From: a virus
Lineage: Duplodnaviria; Caudoviricetes
Virus record (IMG/VR): IMGVR_UViG_3300046786_000888
Location: 1-64,000 of that record
Reading direction: 5' to 3' (one strand)
Length of the DNA: 64,000 nucleotides
The translations under genes and the position numbers were made by a program. This document shows, piece by piece, positions 55,462 to 63,188 of this stretch. Under the pieces are notes generated by a model, which had not been told where the DNA came from, did no database searches, and saw only the letters and a list, made by a program, of their open reading frames with translations. How positions within the stretch are numbered: the stretch's first letter is position 1; every line of letters starts with the position of its first letter.

Positions 55462-56250
55462 CTAGAAACCTAAATTTTTAGCTCGCACGAATTCCAGGTT
55501 GTACGTGGTTAGACAGGGCGGGAACGCCGGGTTGTTAAACGGGTTTTTATAAGGTTTGCCTTCAACGTGCCCTTGCCACGCCTCAGACCATTTGGCGTGC
55601 ATGTACGTCTTATTGAGCTCGTGCGCCATGTGGATCTTGTTGGCTAGCTCAGGTTCGGAGCGCCAGGTTTGGGACCCGTCGGCGTAAGACCCAGTCAATT
55701 CCCCGTGGTAATACGGTACGCCGACCGACATCACACGTTTAAAGTCTTCGTCGTGTTGAAACCGCATACCCCAATCAAGGTCTTCGCAGTAAGCGGGGTA
55801 GAGATTTTCATCAAACAACCCATAGCGCTGCACCGCCCAATCTTTTAAAAGAAACACATCCCAGGCCCCGTTGTCCCCGTGCACCACGCCGATCTCTGGA
55901 TCCTGAGCTTTCTCATACATTGCTTTTAAAAAGCCTGGCGTAAACATAACGTCATGATTTACAATAAGCCAATACGGTGCGTTCATAAAACATTTAATCG
56001 TCATATTCCAATACCCAGAACAACCTATATTTGCAGGTAAATGACAGACCTTTACTTTGTGCACATACTTATGAGGAATTGTCTTCAACGCATCTAGCTC
56101 CTCAGTTATTTCGTCTCTACCGTTGTTATTAAAGACGACAAAAGTATCAACAGGAAAATCAATGCTGTAAAAAAGCCTGTAAACCCAGTGGGGTGCGTTA
56201 ACGACTCCAGTGCTCACTACAGGAATCATGTGACTTTTGTAAATAATCAA
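55462..56250 (-). CDS. Glycosyltransferase family 2-like
   Basis: WLIVNHDVMF; GLFDENLYPAYCEDLDW. Confidence 0.8.
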   Translation of the reverse strand: MIIYKSHMIPVVSTGVVNAPHWVYRLFYSIDFPVDTFVVFNNNGRDEITEELDALKTIPHKYVHKVKVCHLPANIGCSGYWNMTIKCFMNAPYWLIVNHDVMFTPGFLKAMYEKAQDPEIGVVHGDNGAWDVFLLKDWAVQRYGLFDENLYPAYCEDLDWGMRFQHDEDFKRVMSVGVPYYHGELTGSYADGSQTWRSEPELANKIHMAHELNKTYMHAKWSEAWQGHVEGKPYKNPFNNPAFPPCLTTYNLEFVRAKNLGF

Positions 56251-56297
56251 TATACTAACTCAAAATCTGCTATCTTACTGGCACCTAATAAAATGAA

Positions 56298-57014
56298 ATG
56301 ACCAAATATCTCTGGAGTCCGGAACAGAAAGCCATTATTCCTGTGACACAGCCTGCGTTCCTGATGAACGAGGATGATTCTGGGCTGTGCCAGATGTTCC
56401 GCGTGGGGATCCCGGAACGTGAGCTCATCGAATTCTGCAAGCAGTTCGCGGACCCTGCCAAACGTTTTATCGACGGAGGTGCGCACATGGGAGCTTATAG
56501 CATATTGCTGTCCGACCTATTCAAAAACGTCGATTCATTCGAAGCGCAACGCCGTACTTATTTCCAGCTCTGCGGCAACATTTATATCAATGAAAAAACC
56601 AACATCATTCCGCACAACTTTGCCCTGACCAACCACTCAAACACATACGGTCAGACAACACTGTACGTAGTCAGCGACGACGGCGGCGGATCTTCGGTCA
56701 TCAAACCTGATGAAGCTCAGATTAAATCCAAAGAAAGCGTCGAAACCCTTCATATCGACAACTTTGAGTGGTCCGACGTTGGTCTGATCAAATTGGACGT
56801 TGAAGGGGCTGAACTCGAAGCGATTCAAGGTGCAAGCGAAACTTTGAAACGCTGTAAATTCCCGCCAATCTTATTTGAGTCCAACGGACCCGGCGCCCAC
56901 AACCAAAAACGCTTTGAGCTTTTTAAATATCTAATGAACGAACTTCCTTACCAAGTCGGACACATTAAAGGTTTCGACAACATGTTTATTGCTCTTCGAC
57001 AAGAATCTGCATAA
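56298..57014 (+). CDS. FkbM-family methyltransferase
   Basis: FIDGGAHMGAYS; SFEAQ; IKLDVEGAELEAIQGA. Confidence 0.88.
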   Translation: MTKYLWSPEQKAIIPVTQPAFLMNEDDSGLCQMFRVGIPERELIEFCKQFADPAKRFIDGGAHMGAYSILLSDLFKNVDSFEAQRRTYFQLCGNIYINEKTNIIPHNFALTNHSNTYGQTTLYVVSDDGGGSSVIKPDEAQIKSKESVETLHIDNFEWSDVGLIKLDVEGAELEAIQGASETLKRCKFPPILFESNGPGAHNQKRFELFKYLMNELPYQVGHIKGFDNMFIALRQESA

Positions 57015-57435
57015 GATCCACACCAGATTCGCGCAGCATGTCGACCGACAGATTGAAGTTGGCTTGCCAACGGTCGGGGATAGGCAATTCAGGCACAACG
57101 ATCCGGCGAACACCAGCCTGAATCATCAGTGTCGTGCAGTTACAGCACGGCAGAAACGGCCAAACATAGACTGTCGACCCGGACATATCGATACCAAACC
57201 GAGCAGCCTGCGCAACAATATTCGCTTCGGCGTGCACTGTGCGCAGGTATTTCTCGTCTCGGTTATTGAGCCGCCCAGGCAAATCGGCAATACCCCGAGG
57301 CAGTCCGTTGTACCCTGTCGCTAAAACACGCCGGTCTTTAACCGCGACTGCGCCAACCTTCGTAGAGGGATCGAGGCTCCAATCACTGATGTGTTTTGCC
57401 AGGTCAAGGAACCTGCGATTCCACTTTTCCGTCAT
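56986..57435 (-). CDS. dCMP deaminase
   Basis: STKVGAV; TGYNG; HAEAN; PCCNC. Confidence 0.9.
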   Translation of the reverse strand: MTEKWNRRFLDLAKHISDWSLDPSTKVGAVAVKDRRVLATGYNGLPRGIADLPGRLNNRDEKYLRTVHAEANIVAQAARFGIDMSGSTVYVWPFLPCCNCTTLMIQAGVRRIVVPELPIPDRWQANFNLSVDMLRESGVDLMQILVEEQ

Positions 57436-57818
57436 GTAAAAGCAACACGATCTGCTTTAGGGTCCTCACAGGAGTAGACCATTCCTGGGACCCACTCTTC
57501 CATTTTACCATTATCCAGTTTGACGACGTAACGCCATTGGGGTTTTCCGTCCCTTCTTAACGTCTTCTTATACCCCACGACTTCGCCTTTCTTGTTTGGC
57601 AGAGACATCCCAGCCGAACAAGTACGTTTAGCGATCCGATCTCCCACGGCGAACCTCATGTTCGGCTGTTCAGTTGCAGTCATACAGACTCCGTTATCTC
57701 TCAACATGTTTAACACGGCCGCCATGCGAGCGGGAGAATCCAAAATTTCATCTTTAAAATCTTCATGCCAAAAAGCATAAAGTCCGAGCTCAAGCAGATT
57801 TGGATTGTGCTCGGGCAT
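57432..57818 (-). CDS. Hypothetical protein with SH3/KOW-like C-terminus
   Basis: FAVGDRI...KKGEVVG...YVVKLDNG. Confidence 0.55.
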   Translation of the reverse strand: MPEHNPNLLELGLYAFWHEDFKDEILDSPARMAAVLNMLRDNGVCMTATEQPNMRFAVGDRIAKRTCSAGMSLPNKKGEVVGYKKTLRRDGKPQWRYVVKLDNGKMEEWVPGMVYSCEDPKADRVAFT

Positions 57819-58041
57819 TGCGCTCCAGACGAGCCTTGTGGATCCGAAGCTTACACAAGCCCCGGTAGAAAAAACCAAAATGTTCAGCGCTCGTCACTCT
57901 TGTGCGCTTTCCGCAGAGCGGGCACTCGGCAACAAAAAACTGCGGGTTACGGGCCGAGTAGTCCCCATGGCGCTTACCGCAGTCCAGACATGCCTGCTTG
58001 GCCGTCTTGAGTTTATCCAGCTGTTCCTGGATAGCTTCCAT
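57790..58041 (-). CDS. Zn-ribbon protein (paralog of 60094..60321)
   Basis: CLDCG...CPLCG..VT. Confidence 0.6.
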   Translation of the reverse strand: MEAIQEQLDKLKTAKQACLDCGKRHGDYSARNPQFFVAECPLCGKRTRVTSAEHFGFFYRGLCKLRIHKARLERNARAQSKSA

Positions 58042-58246
58042 CGAGGATGCCGCGCAAGTAATGAGCGGTAATATAGCAGTCTTCACTCAGCGCATCGGCT
58101 TGCGCGTCGCGATACAGCGCCTCAATCCACTCGGCTGTAGCCTCCATCACCACGCGGGCTTCCGACAAATATGCGTACCAATCATGCGACTCATGAGACT
58201 CAGCCAGTTGCATGGCCACGTATTTAAGCAAAGGATGCGTTTCCAT
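58013..58246 (-). CDS. Hypothetical protein
   Basis: 77-aa ORF downstream of the tRNA. Confidence 0.5.
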   Translation of the reverse strand: METHPLLKYVAMQLAESHESHDWYAYLSEARVVMEATAEWIEALYRDAQADALSEDCYITAHYLRGILDGSYPGTAG

Positions 58247-58264
58247 GTGATTTAGTTAATTAAA

Positions 58265-58346
58265 TACCCAGGACGAGACTCGAACTCGTACGGCATAACG
58301 CCTCAGCATTTTAAGTGCTGTGTGTCTACCATTCCACCACCTGGGC
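58265..58346 (-). tRNA. trnL: tRNA-Leu (anticodon UAA), CCA not encoded
   Basis: GCCCAGG/CCTGGGT acceptor stem; GGAATGGTAGAC D-arm; CAGCA-CTTAAAA-TGCTG anticodon arm; long variable arm; GTTCGAG T-loop. Confidence 0.93.
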
Positions 58347-58396
58347 GCTTTGCCAGATTAGCCCGAAATTTTCGGCCCGCAACAAACTTGTAACAA

Positions 58397-58612
58397 TCAA
58401 CCGACTGTCAGTTTCCCTTCCCTAATCGCCTTCTTTACAAAATACAACTCTTTCTCCCGCACCAAATGCCAAGAACTTACATAGCATTTGTCGCCCCACA
58501 CCGACTCGATTACGACTGAGTCTCCGTCGTTGTGTGGACTAGAACGTACGTTCTCCGCTATTGCCACGTCAAAATCAAATTCACAGTTGTCTGCGTTTGT
58601 TTGTTCTGTCAT
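58397..58612 (-). CDS. Hypothetical protein
   Basis: 71-aa ORF from ATG 58612. Confidence 0.5.
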   Translation of the reverse strand: MTEQTNADNCEFDFDVAIAENVRSSPHNDGDSVVIESVWGDKCYVSSWHLVREKELYFVKKAIREGKLTVG

Positions 58613-58638
58613 ACTGCTACTACCCAAGTTCTACCCCC

Positions 58639-59256
58639 GTGCCGCACAGTCTAGACCCAAAGTACAACATTCACAATGACTGGGTGCGCAATCTGGTCTC
58701 CGCGTGGGAACTCGCTAGCTCGGAGCCTAAAGCACCAGAACTTCACTTTAATCCACTCGACCAACGAATTATCGTCGAAATTGGAATTTATGAGGGAGCC
58801 TCAACAGTTTGGTTCTCCGACAACCTGCTTGAGCACCCCGACAGCAGACTGATCAGTATCGACCCGTTCACCGGCTCTGAGGAGATGATCCGGGATCCCC
58901 AGCAGCATCCCACGCTGTCCCAGATCGAATTCACAGCCCGATCCAACGTCGCCAAGTCCAAGCACCCCGGCAAGGTCCGCATTGAAAAGGGCTGCTCGTG
59001 GGACCTCTACCCGAACCTCAAGGCCGAGTTCACACAAGGCATCGACATCCTGTACATCGACGGTGCGCACGATAGCACCTCCGTCATGCGCGACATCGCC
59101 CTGTATGCGCCCCATGTCAAATCAGGCGGTGCCATCCTATTCGACGACTACGGCGCTGAGTCTGTGCGCGTTTCCGTAGATGCCGCCGTCAACTCCTTCC
59201 TCTCCCTTGAAAAGGGTGTACTGTGTCCGTGGCAGCTCTGGACCGTCAAAAAGTGA
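58639..59256 (+). CDS. Class I SAM-dependent methyltransferase (Methyltransf_24-like)
   Basis: VEIGIYEGAS; SIDPF; ILYIDGAH; VKSGGAILFDDY; GTG at 58639 preferred. Confidence 0.85.
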   Translation: MPHSLDPKYNIHNDWVRNLVSAWELASSEPKAPELHFNPLDQRIIVEIGIYEGASTVWFSDNLLEHPDSRLISIDPFTGSEEMIRDPQQHPTLSQIEFTARSNVAKSKHPGKVRIEKGCSWDLYPNLKAEFTQGIDILYIDGAHDSTSVMRDIALYAPHVKSGGAILFDDYGAESVRVSVDAAVNSFLSLEKGVLCPWQLWTVKK

Positions 59257-59295
59257 CCGCCCAGACACTGCTTATCACATTCGCCATCTACACCC

Positions 59296-59559
59296 TTGCA
59301 GTCGTCCTATTCTTCTGGATTGCCTCAAGAATCGTACCCTGATCAACCCAACGTGCTTAAATTCGACACCAATTCTTACCTAGAAAAACGCGAAAACCGC
59401 CTACATGACATCATGAACGAATACCTAGACGACGAGGAGTTTGAAGCGCTCGCAGTCGCAATCCTCAGCCATCTCCAAGACGAATACAGACATCACTCCG
59501 AAAGATGCGGCAAACTCAAGCGCGTCTTTGAACTTCTTCAAACCGGAAACATCCAATGA
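59296..59559 (+). CDS. Hypothetical protein
   Basis: 87-aa ORF coupled to the next gene. Confidence 0.5.
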   Translation: MQSSYSSGLPQESYPDQPNVLKFDTNSYLEKRENRLHDIMNEYLDDEEFEALAVAILSHLQDEYRHHSERCGKLKRVFELLQTGNIQ

Positions 59560-60116
59560 CCACGCCAACCACAGCGGTTGAAATCAAGATCAACTACAGC
59601 GGCAGCGGTCGGTACGACGGACTCCCTGAGCACACATTCACCATGCTCATGGAAGACGCTACGGAGATCTCATCTGACTCGTGGTTTCTCCTGTTCGAGC
59701 GTGTTTTAGGTGCCCTGGGTTATTGCGAAACCGCCATCATGTCGGGCGCCTGCAGTCTCGCCTTCAACGACCTGCGGGACCCTGAGGAAATGAAAAAGGT
59801 CGCCACCGAACACGACCTACGACTCGTCGAAGACCCGGACCCAACCCCAAACATCAAACTCGAACCGACCAAAAACCCAGAGAAAAAACCCCTGTACGAA
59901 ATCGTTAGGGATGATTCAGATCTTTACGGATCTGTATGGACTCAAAAGCTAGCTAAGATGTTTAGGGTCATCGCCGACCAGATCCAAATTAGCGGTGAGG
60001 ACCAGTTCGGCGTTTACCAAACCACGGGGGAAGACATCCGCGAATGGTTGTACTGCGAAGCTCAAAAAGCAGAAAACTTCTGGGGCTCCGACCATGAATC
60101 CGAACATCAACCATAG
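59556..60116 (+). CDS. Hypothetical two-module accessory protein
   Basis: C-terminal FRVIADQI...IREWLYCEA module resembles 62970..63155. Confidence 0.6.
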   Translation: MTTPTTAVEIKINYSGSGRYDGLPEHTFTMLMEDATEISSDSWFLLFERVLGALGYCETAIMSGACSLAFNDLRDPEEMKKVATEHDLRLVEDPDPTPNIKLEPTKNPEKKPLYEIVRDDSDLYGSVWTQKLAKMFRVIADQIQISGEDQFGVYQTTGEDIREWLYCEAQKAENFWGSDHESEHQP

Positions 60117-60321
60117 AGCGTTTATCAAAAAGCTCGAACAAGCGTATCAATGCTGCCATTTCTGCGGCACGCTATACGGCAAACCTCGCGAAGGAGCTAG
60201 TACGATGTGGCATGGGACGTGTGATGTGTGCGGTGAATCCGCCACGGTCACCGAAACCCGCGACTACGGATACTTAGATAAAGGTATTCAAAGTATTAAA
60301 ACCAAACACAAACTCAAATGA
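60094..60321 (+). CDS. Zn-ribbon protein
   Basis: CHFCG...CDVCG..VTETRDYG. Confidence 0.65.
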   Translation: MNPNINHRAFIKKLEQAYQCCHFCGTLYGKPREGASTMWHGTCDVCGESATVTETRDYGYLDKGIQSIKTKHKLK

Positions 60322-60572
60322 CAGTCTGGAACTCAGTTGTTCCTTCGTTACGAACAAACCAGCGAAACATTCTGCGTTTAGTTGCACAGCACGAACAACG
60401 CAACCCTCACGAACCCTGTTACCTAGGAAAAGTTACAGCTTCCCGCAGAAACGTTTTCCTAAAAGCTGTTGCTTCTTTAGAAGATAAACAACTGATCGAT
60501 ATAGAGCGAACAGGTTCAAACTTTCAAGCGTGGAAAGTCAAATTGCTTATACCCATAGATACAGTTATTTAA
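60318..60572 (+). CDS. Winged-helix-like hypothetical protein
   Basis: LRTNQRNILR...KAVASLEDKQLIDIER. Confidence 0.5.
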   Translation: MTVWNSVVPSLRTNQRNILRLVAQHEQRNPHEPCYLGKVTASRRNVFLKAVASLEDKQLIDIERTGSNFQAWKVKLLIPIDTVI

Positions 60573-60578
60573 ACGTCA

Positions 60579-60595
60579 GTAGTCATTACCACTAA
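60579..60595 (+). repeat. Junction site S4 (GTAGT-CATTACC-ACTAA)
   Basis: Intergenic, 6 nt before the ATG at 60602. Confidence 0.7.
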
Positions 60596-60601
60596 TCACC
60601 C

Positions 60602-60946
60602 ATGACACAACAACATCCCATCACCCCACCACCTGAGCTATTTGCCGAGTGGTGGGAACAGGCAGACCAGTATCAAGACGATCCAAAGACATACTTCGAC
60701 TACGTTGCCACCGAAGCCGCCCAATGGGGTGCTGATCGGGAGTTGGAGGCGTGCTGTGAGTGGCTGCACTGGCAAAATCTAGCGACACACCCGGAGCTAA
60801 TCCCATCACTCCGCGCCGCTCGCCGCCCCAAGCCGCCGAGCTTGAAGGAGCAGGCGCTAGAACTGCTGGACAAAGCAGAAGACCCTAGATGGGATATCAA
60901 TGATTTCACTGTTGTCCGCCGCGCACTGGAGCAACTTGATGACTGA
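60602..60946 (+). CDS. HPITPP-family accessory protein (paralog 2)
   Basis: MTQQHPITPP...WGADRELEACCEWL...RAARRPKPPSLKEQAL. Confidence 0.75.
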   Translation: MTQQHPITPPPELFAEWWEQADQYQDDPKTYFDYVATEAAQWGADRELEACCEWLHWQNLATHPELIPSLRAARRPKPPSLKEQALELLDKAEDPRWDINDFTVVRRALEQLDD

Positions 60947-61148
60947 AAATCAAATCCATTTCATACGTGGTTGCTGTACAACAATCCTTATGTTTGCAGG
61001 GATTGGTTTATTGGCTGCAATCTTTTTGTCACCTGATGAACCTGTAGACAAATCAAAGTTTGAAGTCCTTGATCAGTACGAAGGTTGTTCAGTAATCCGT
61101 TACACTGATTCCACATCTCGCTGGCATTACTTCCTTAAGTGCTCATGA
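60939..61148 (+). CDS. Small membrane-anchored protein
   Basis: TM segment, then KFEVLDQYEGCSVIRYT...YFLKC. Confidence 0.6.
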   Translation: MTENQIHFIRGCCTTILMFAGIGLLAAIFLSPDEPVDKSKFEVLDQYEGCSVIRYTDSTSRWHYFLKCS

Positions 61149-61537
61149 CACAAGAACACCCCGTCACACCACCACCGGAGCTGGTAAAGCAATGGCGAGA
61201 AGCGCCCGAGTTTTCTGCGCTGTCTCCGTGTGTGATGGTGACAGTTACCACCACTAAGCTGCAAGACATCGCTACTCAAGCCGCCCGATGGGGCGCAGAC
61301 GCTGAGCTGGATGCGTGCTGTGAGTGGATCCCCAAGTGGACACCTTGGGACGCTGATCAACTCCGCGCCGACCGCCGCCCCAAGCCGCCGAGCTTGAAGG
61401 AGCAAGCGCTTGAGCAGTTGGATGGAATTGCAGCCGTATTCCAAATGTCTCACGGCGGCAACCTTGTATGTGACACCATCCGCCGCGCACTGGAGGCACT
61501 GCCCGACAGCATTGTCGTATTTCCTTCTCAGTGTTAA
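61145..61537 (+). CDS. HPITPP-family accessory protein (paralog 3)
   Basis: MTQEHPVTPP...WGADAELDACCEW...RADRRPKPPSLKEQAL. Confidence 0.75.
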   Translation: MTQEHPVTPPPELVKQWREAPEFSALSPCVMVTVTTTKLQDIATQAARWGADAELDACCEWIPKWTPWDADQLRADRRPKPPSLKEQALEQLDGIAAVFQMSHGGNLVCDTIRRALEALPDSIVVFPSQC

Positions 61538-61714
61538 AAGCATTAAAAAGCGGCAGGATGTCACCCCCACCGCTCTTGCAACTGGATCTCACTCCAGTCG
61601 CTTTGCTGCTTTCTGATCAGCCCCAGCACTGTAGCACACGGCAGGTATCAGCATGTATTACCTGAAAACAGGAATCAGCTAATACTTGCCCGCTTACGAC
61701 CCGTCTCAATTTCC

Positions 61715-61903
61715 ATGTCTGAACTTTCCTCCGCCGCGCAGGCGGTGATTACTGCCAGCAACTGTGCTGGGTCTCGAATCGTGCAGTTGCACATTGCCGC
61801 CGCCCTGCGAGCCGCTGCGGATGAGGTATGCCTCCGTTGGGCTGAGCTGAAACATCCTGCAGATGTTTTGAACACCATCGCTGACGAGCTTGAAGCCTCG
61901 TAG
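61715..61903 (+). CDS. Small accessory phage protein
   Basis: LSSAAQAV...IAAALRAAADEV...IADELE; its stop lies in site S5. Confidence 0.65.
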   Translation: MSELSSAAQAVITASNCAGSRIVQLHIAAALRAAADEVCLRWAELKHPADVLNTIADELEAS

Positions 61904-61916
61904 TCACCTTCACTCG
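61900..61916 (+). repeat. Junction site S5 (GTAGT-CACCTTC-ACTCG)
   Basis: Contains the TAG stop at 61901; next ATG at 61918. Confidence 0.6.
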
Positions 61917-61917
61917 T

Positions 61918-62058
61918 ATGCTTGACGACATAACTCCTGAGGAAAACGAGCGACGCTTTAGAGAGTGTATGGAACGGATCCACAACTTAACCCGCGAAGA
62001 ACTGGTAGAGGTGATGGGCGAAGAATGGCTTGAAGACTATCGCCGCAAGTTCTCTTAG
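61918..62058 (+). CDS. 46-aa mini-gene between S5 and S6
   Basis: MLDDITPEENERRFRECMERIHNLTREELVEVMGEEWLEDYRRKFS. Confidence 0.6.
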   Translation: MLDDITPEENERRFRECMERIHNLTREELVEVMGEEWLEDYRRKFS

Positions 62059-62071
62059 TCAAACTCACTAA
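62055..62071 (+). repeat. Junction site S6 (TTAGT-CAAACTC-ACTAA, perfect inverted arms)
   Basis: Contains the TAG stop at 62056; next ATG at 62077. Confidence 0.75.
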
Positions 62072-62076
62072 ACACT

Positions 62077-62232
62077 ATGACTGACGAACAAATCGACACA
62101 CTCCGAACACTCATTCAAGGCGAAATCGAAGCCGCTCTTCAAAATGAAAACGGCTACCGATTTGCATTCGAACAAGAGCAGACAAACGATCAAGGTTGGG
62201 AAACCTTCAAGAAGTTATTTAAGTCCCACTAA
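62077..62232 (+). CDS. 51-aa mini-gene between S6 and S7
   Basis: MTDEQIDTLRTLIQGEIEAALQNENG...WETFKKLFKSH. Confidence 0.6.
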   Translation: MTDEQIDTLRTLIQGEIEAALQNENGYRFAFEQEQTNDQGWETFKKLFKSH

Positions 62233-62245
62233 CCGCACTCACTAA
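62229..62245 (+). repeat. Junction site S7 (CTAAC-CGCACTC-ACTAA)
   Basis: Contains the TAA stop at 62230 and overlaps the ATG at 62245; same stop-to-ATG spacing as S3. Confidence 0.6.
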
Positions 62246-62472
62246 TGAAACTCCTCAGCGAAAATCTGGATTTTAATAGCTACCCAGATGCTCTCTGGGA
62301 ATTAGGATCACAGTTCATCATCTCCCGTGGCTACGAACAAGAAATAGACGTCGACTCCCTGATGGTACTTCTGTGGAAAATGCAGCAACGCATCGAAAAG
62401 CTGGAATCCCTGACCACGCCTGGATTCTGCGGCGAAACTTGCGACAAAACCTCTACACTCACAAACGAATGA
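62245..62472 (+). CDS. Hypothetical protein
   Basis: 75-aa ORF starting in S7. Confidence 0.55.
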   Translation: MKLLSENLDFNSYPDALWELGSQFIISRGYEQEIDVDSLMVLLWKMQQRIEKLESLTTPGFCGETCDKTSTLTNE

Positions 62473-62479
62473 GGTTGTT

Positions 62480-62734
62480 ATGACCGACCTTGAACTGATC
62501 GAAGCTGCAAACAGAGCCGGTCTGTGCGTGGCACAGTGCTGGGACTTAGACGAACTCTATAATCTCGATGCAGTAGAAAACACAGAGGACTGGATTCGCG
62601 ATTCGCAAACAGCGGACGAACGCGACGAAAAGGAACGCGTGGCAAACCACATCCGCCTACGCGCTCAAGAGAAAATGAACAATCTGCGTGAGTTTGCCGA
62701 ACTGATCCTGGCTGCGGAGCGAATTCGAAAATGA
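62480..62734 (+). CDS. Hypothetical protein
   Basis: GAGG RBS, 84 aa. Confidence 0.55.
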   Translation: MTDLELIEAANRAGLCVAQCWDLDELYNLDAVENTEDWIRDSQTADERDEKERVANHIRLRAQEKMNNLREFAELILAAERIRK

Positions 62735-62973
62735 CCACGCTGCGCCAACTACTGCAAGAACTCGTGGAGGAGATTGATAAAACGCCCCCTCCTTTAGCTC
62801 TCGGGTGTTTAGCCGATCGTTGCCGCGATTACCTGGACGATCACCCAGAACGTCAACCAACAGTAGAAGAACTGCACGCCCTGTGGGACGAAATATGGTC
62901 CGACCCAAACAGGATGCGTTACATGCACATAATATACGCTCAACAAATTTTAGAAAAATGGGGTAATAGATGA
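62731..62973 (+). CDS. Small modular accessory protein
   Basis: LRQLLQELVEE...PTVEEL...YAQQILEKWG echoes modules in 8449..9183. Confidence 0.6.
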   Translation: MTTLRQLLQELVEEIDKTPPPLALGCLADRCRDYLDDHPERQPTVEELHALWDEIWSDPNRMRYMHIIYAQQILEKWGNR

Positions 62974-63155
62974 GCCTAATACACAAATTACAAATTAATC
63001 CTGAACTGTATCCTTTATGTCTTACAAACGCCCAACTAAAGACTATCTTGGAGTTAATTGCCAACGAAGTCGAAGAACGTGGCGATAAACACCTAGACCT
63101 AGATCCAGGTGAAACATCAGATTGGTTACGCCAAGAAGCCGCATCTATCGACTAG
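62970..63155 (+). CDS. Small accessory protein
   Basis: ILELIANEVEERG...TSDWLRQEA. Confidence 0.55.
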   Translation: MSLIHKLQINPELYPLCLTNAQLKTILELIANEVEERGDKHLDLDPGETSDWLRQEAASID

Positions 63156-63188
63156 CGCAATCCAACAGCGTTTTTCTGAGGTGCCGTC

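Noticed and set aside
58265-58346. tRNA as a prophage attachment site
   Set aside because: No integrase, no duplicated tRNA 3' end and phage genes on both sides; the xis-like HTHs alone do not show lysogeny.
60602-61537. Diversity-generating retroelement for the HPITPP family
   Set aside because: No reverse transcriptase in the window, and the differences are whole unrelated segments rather than adenine-specific substitutions.
63151-63170. CTAGC-GCAATCC-AACAG after the 63155 stop as a junction site
   Set aside because: Right arm too degenerate.
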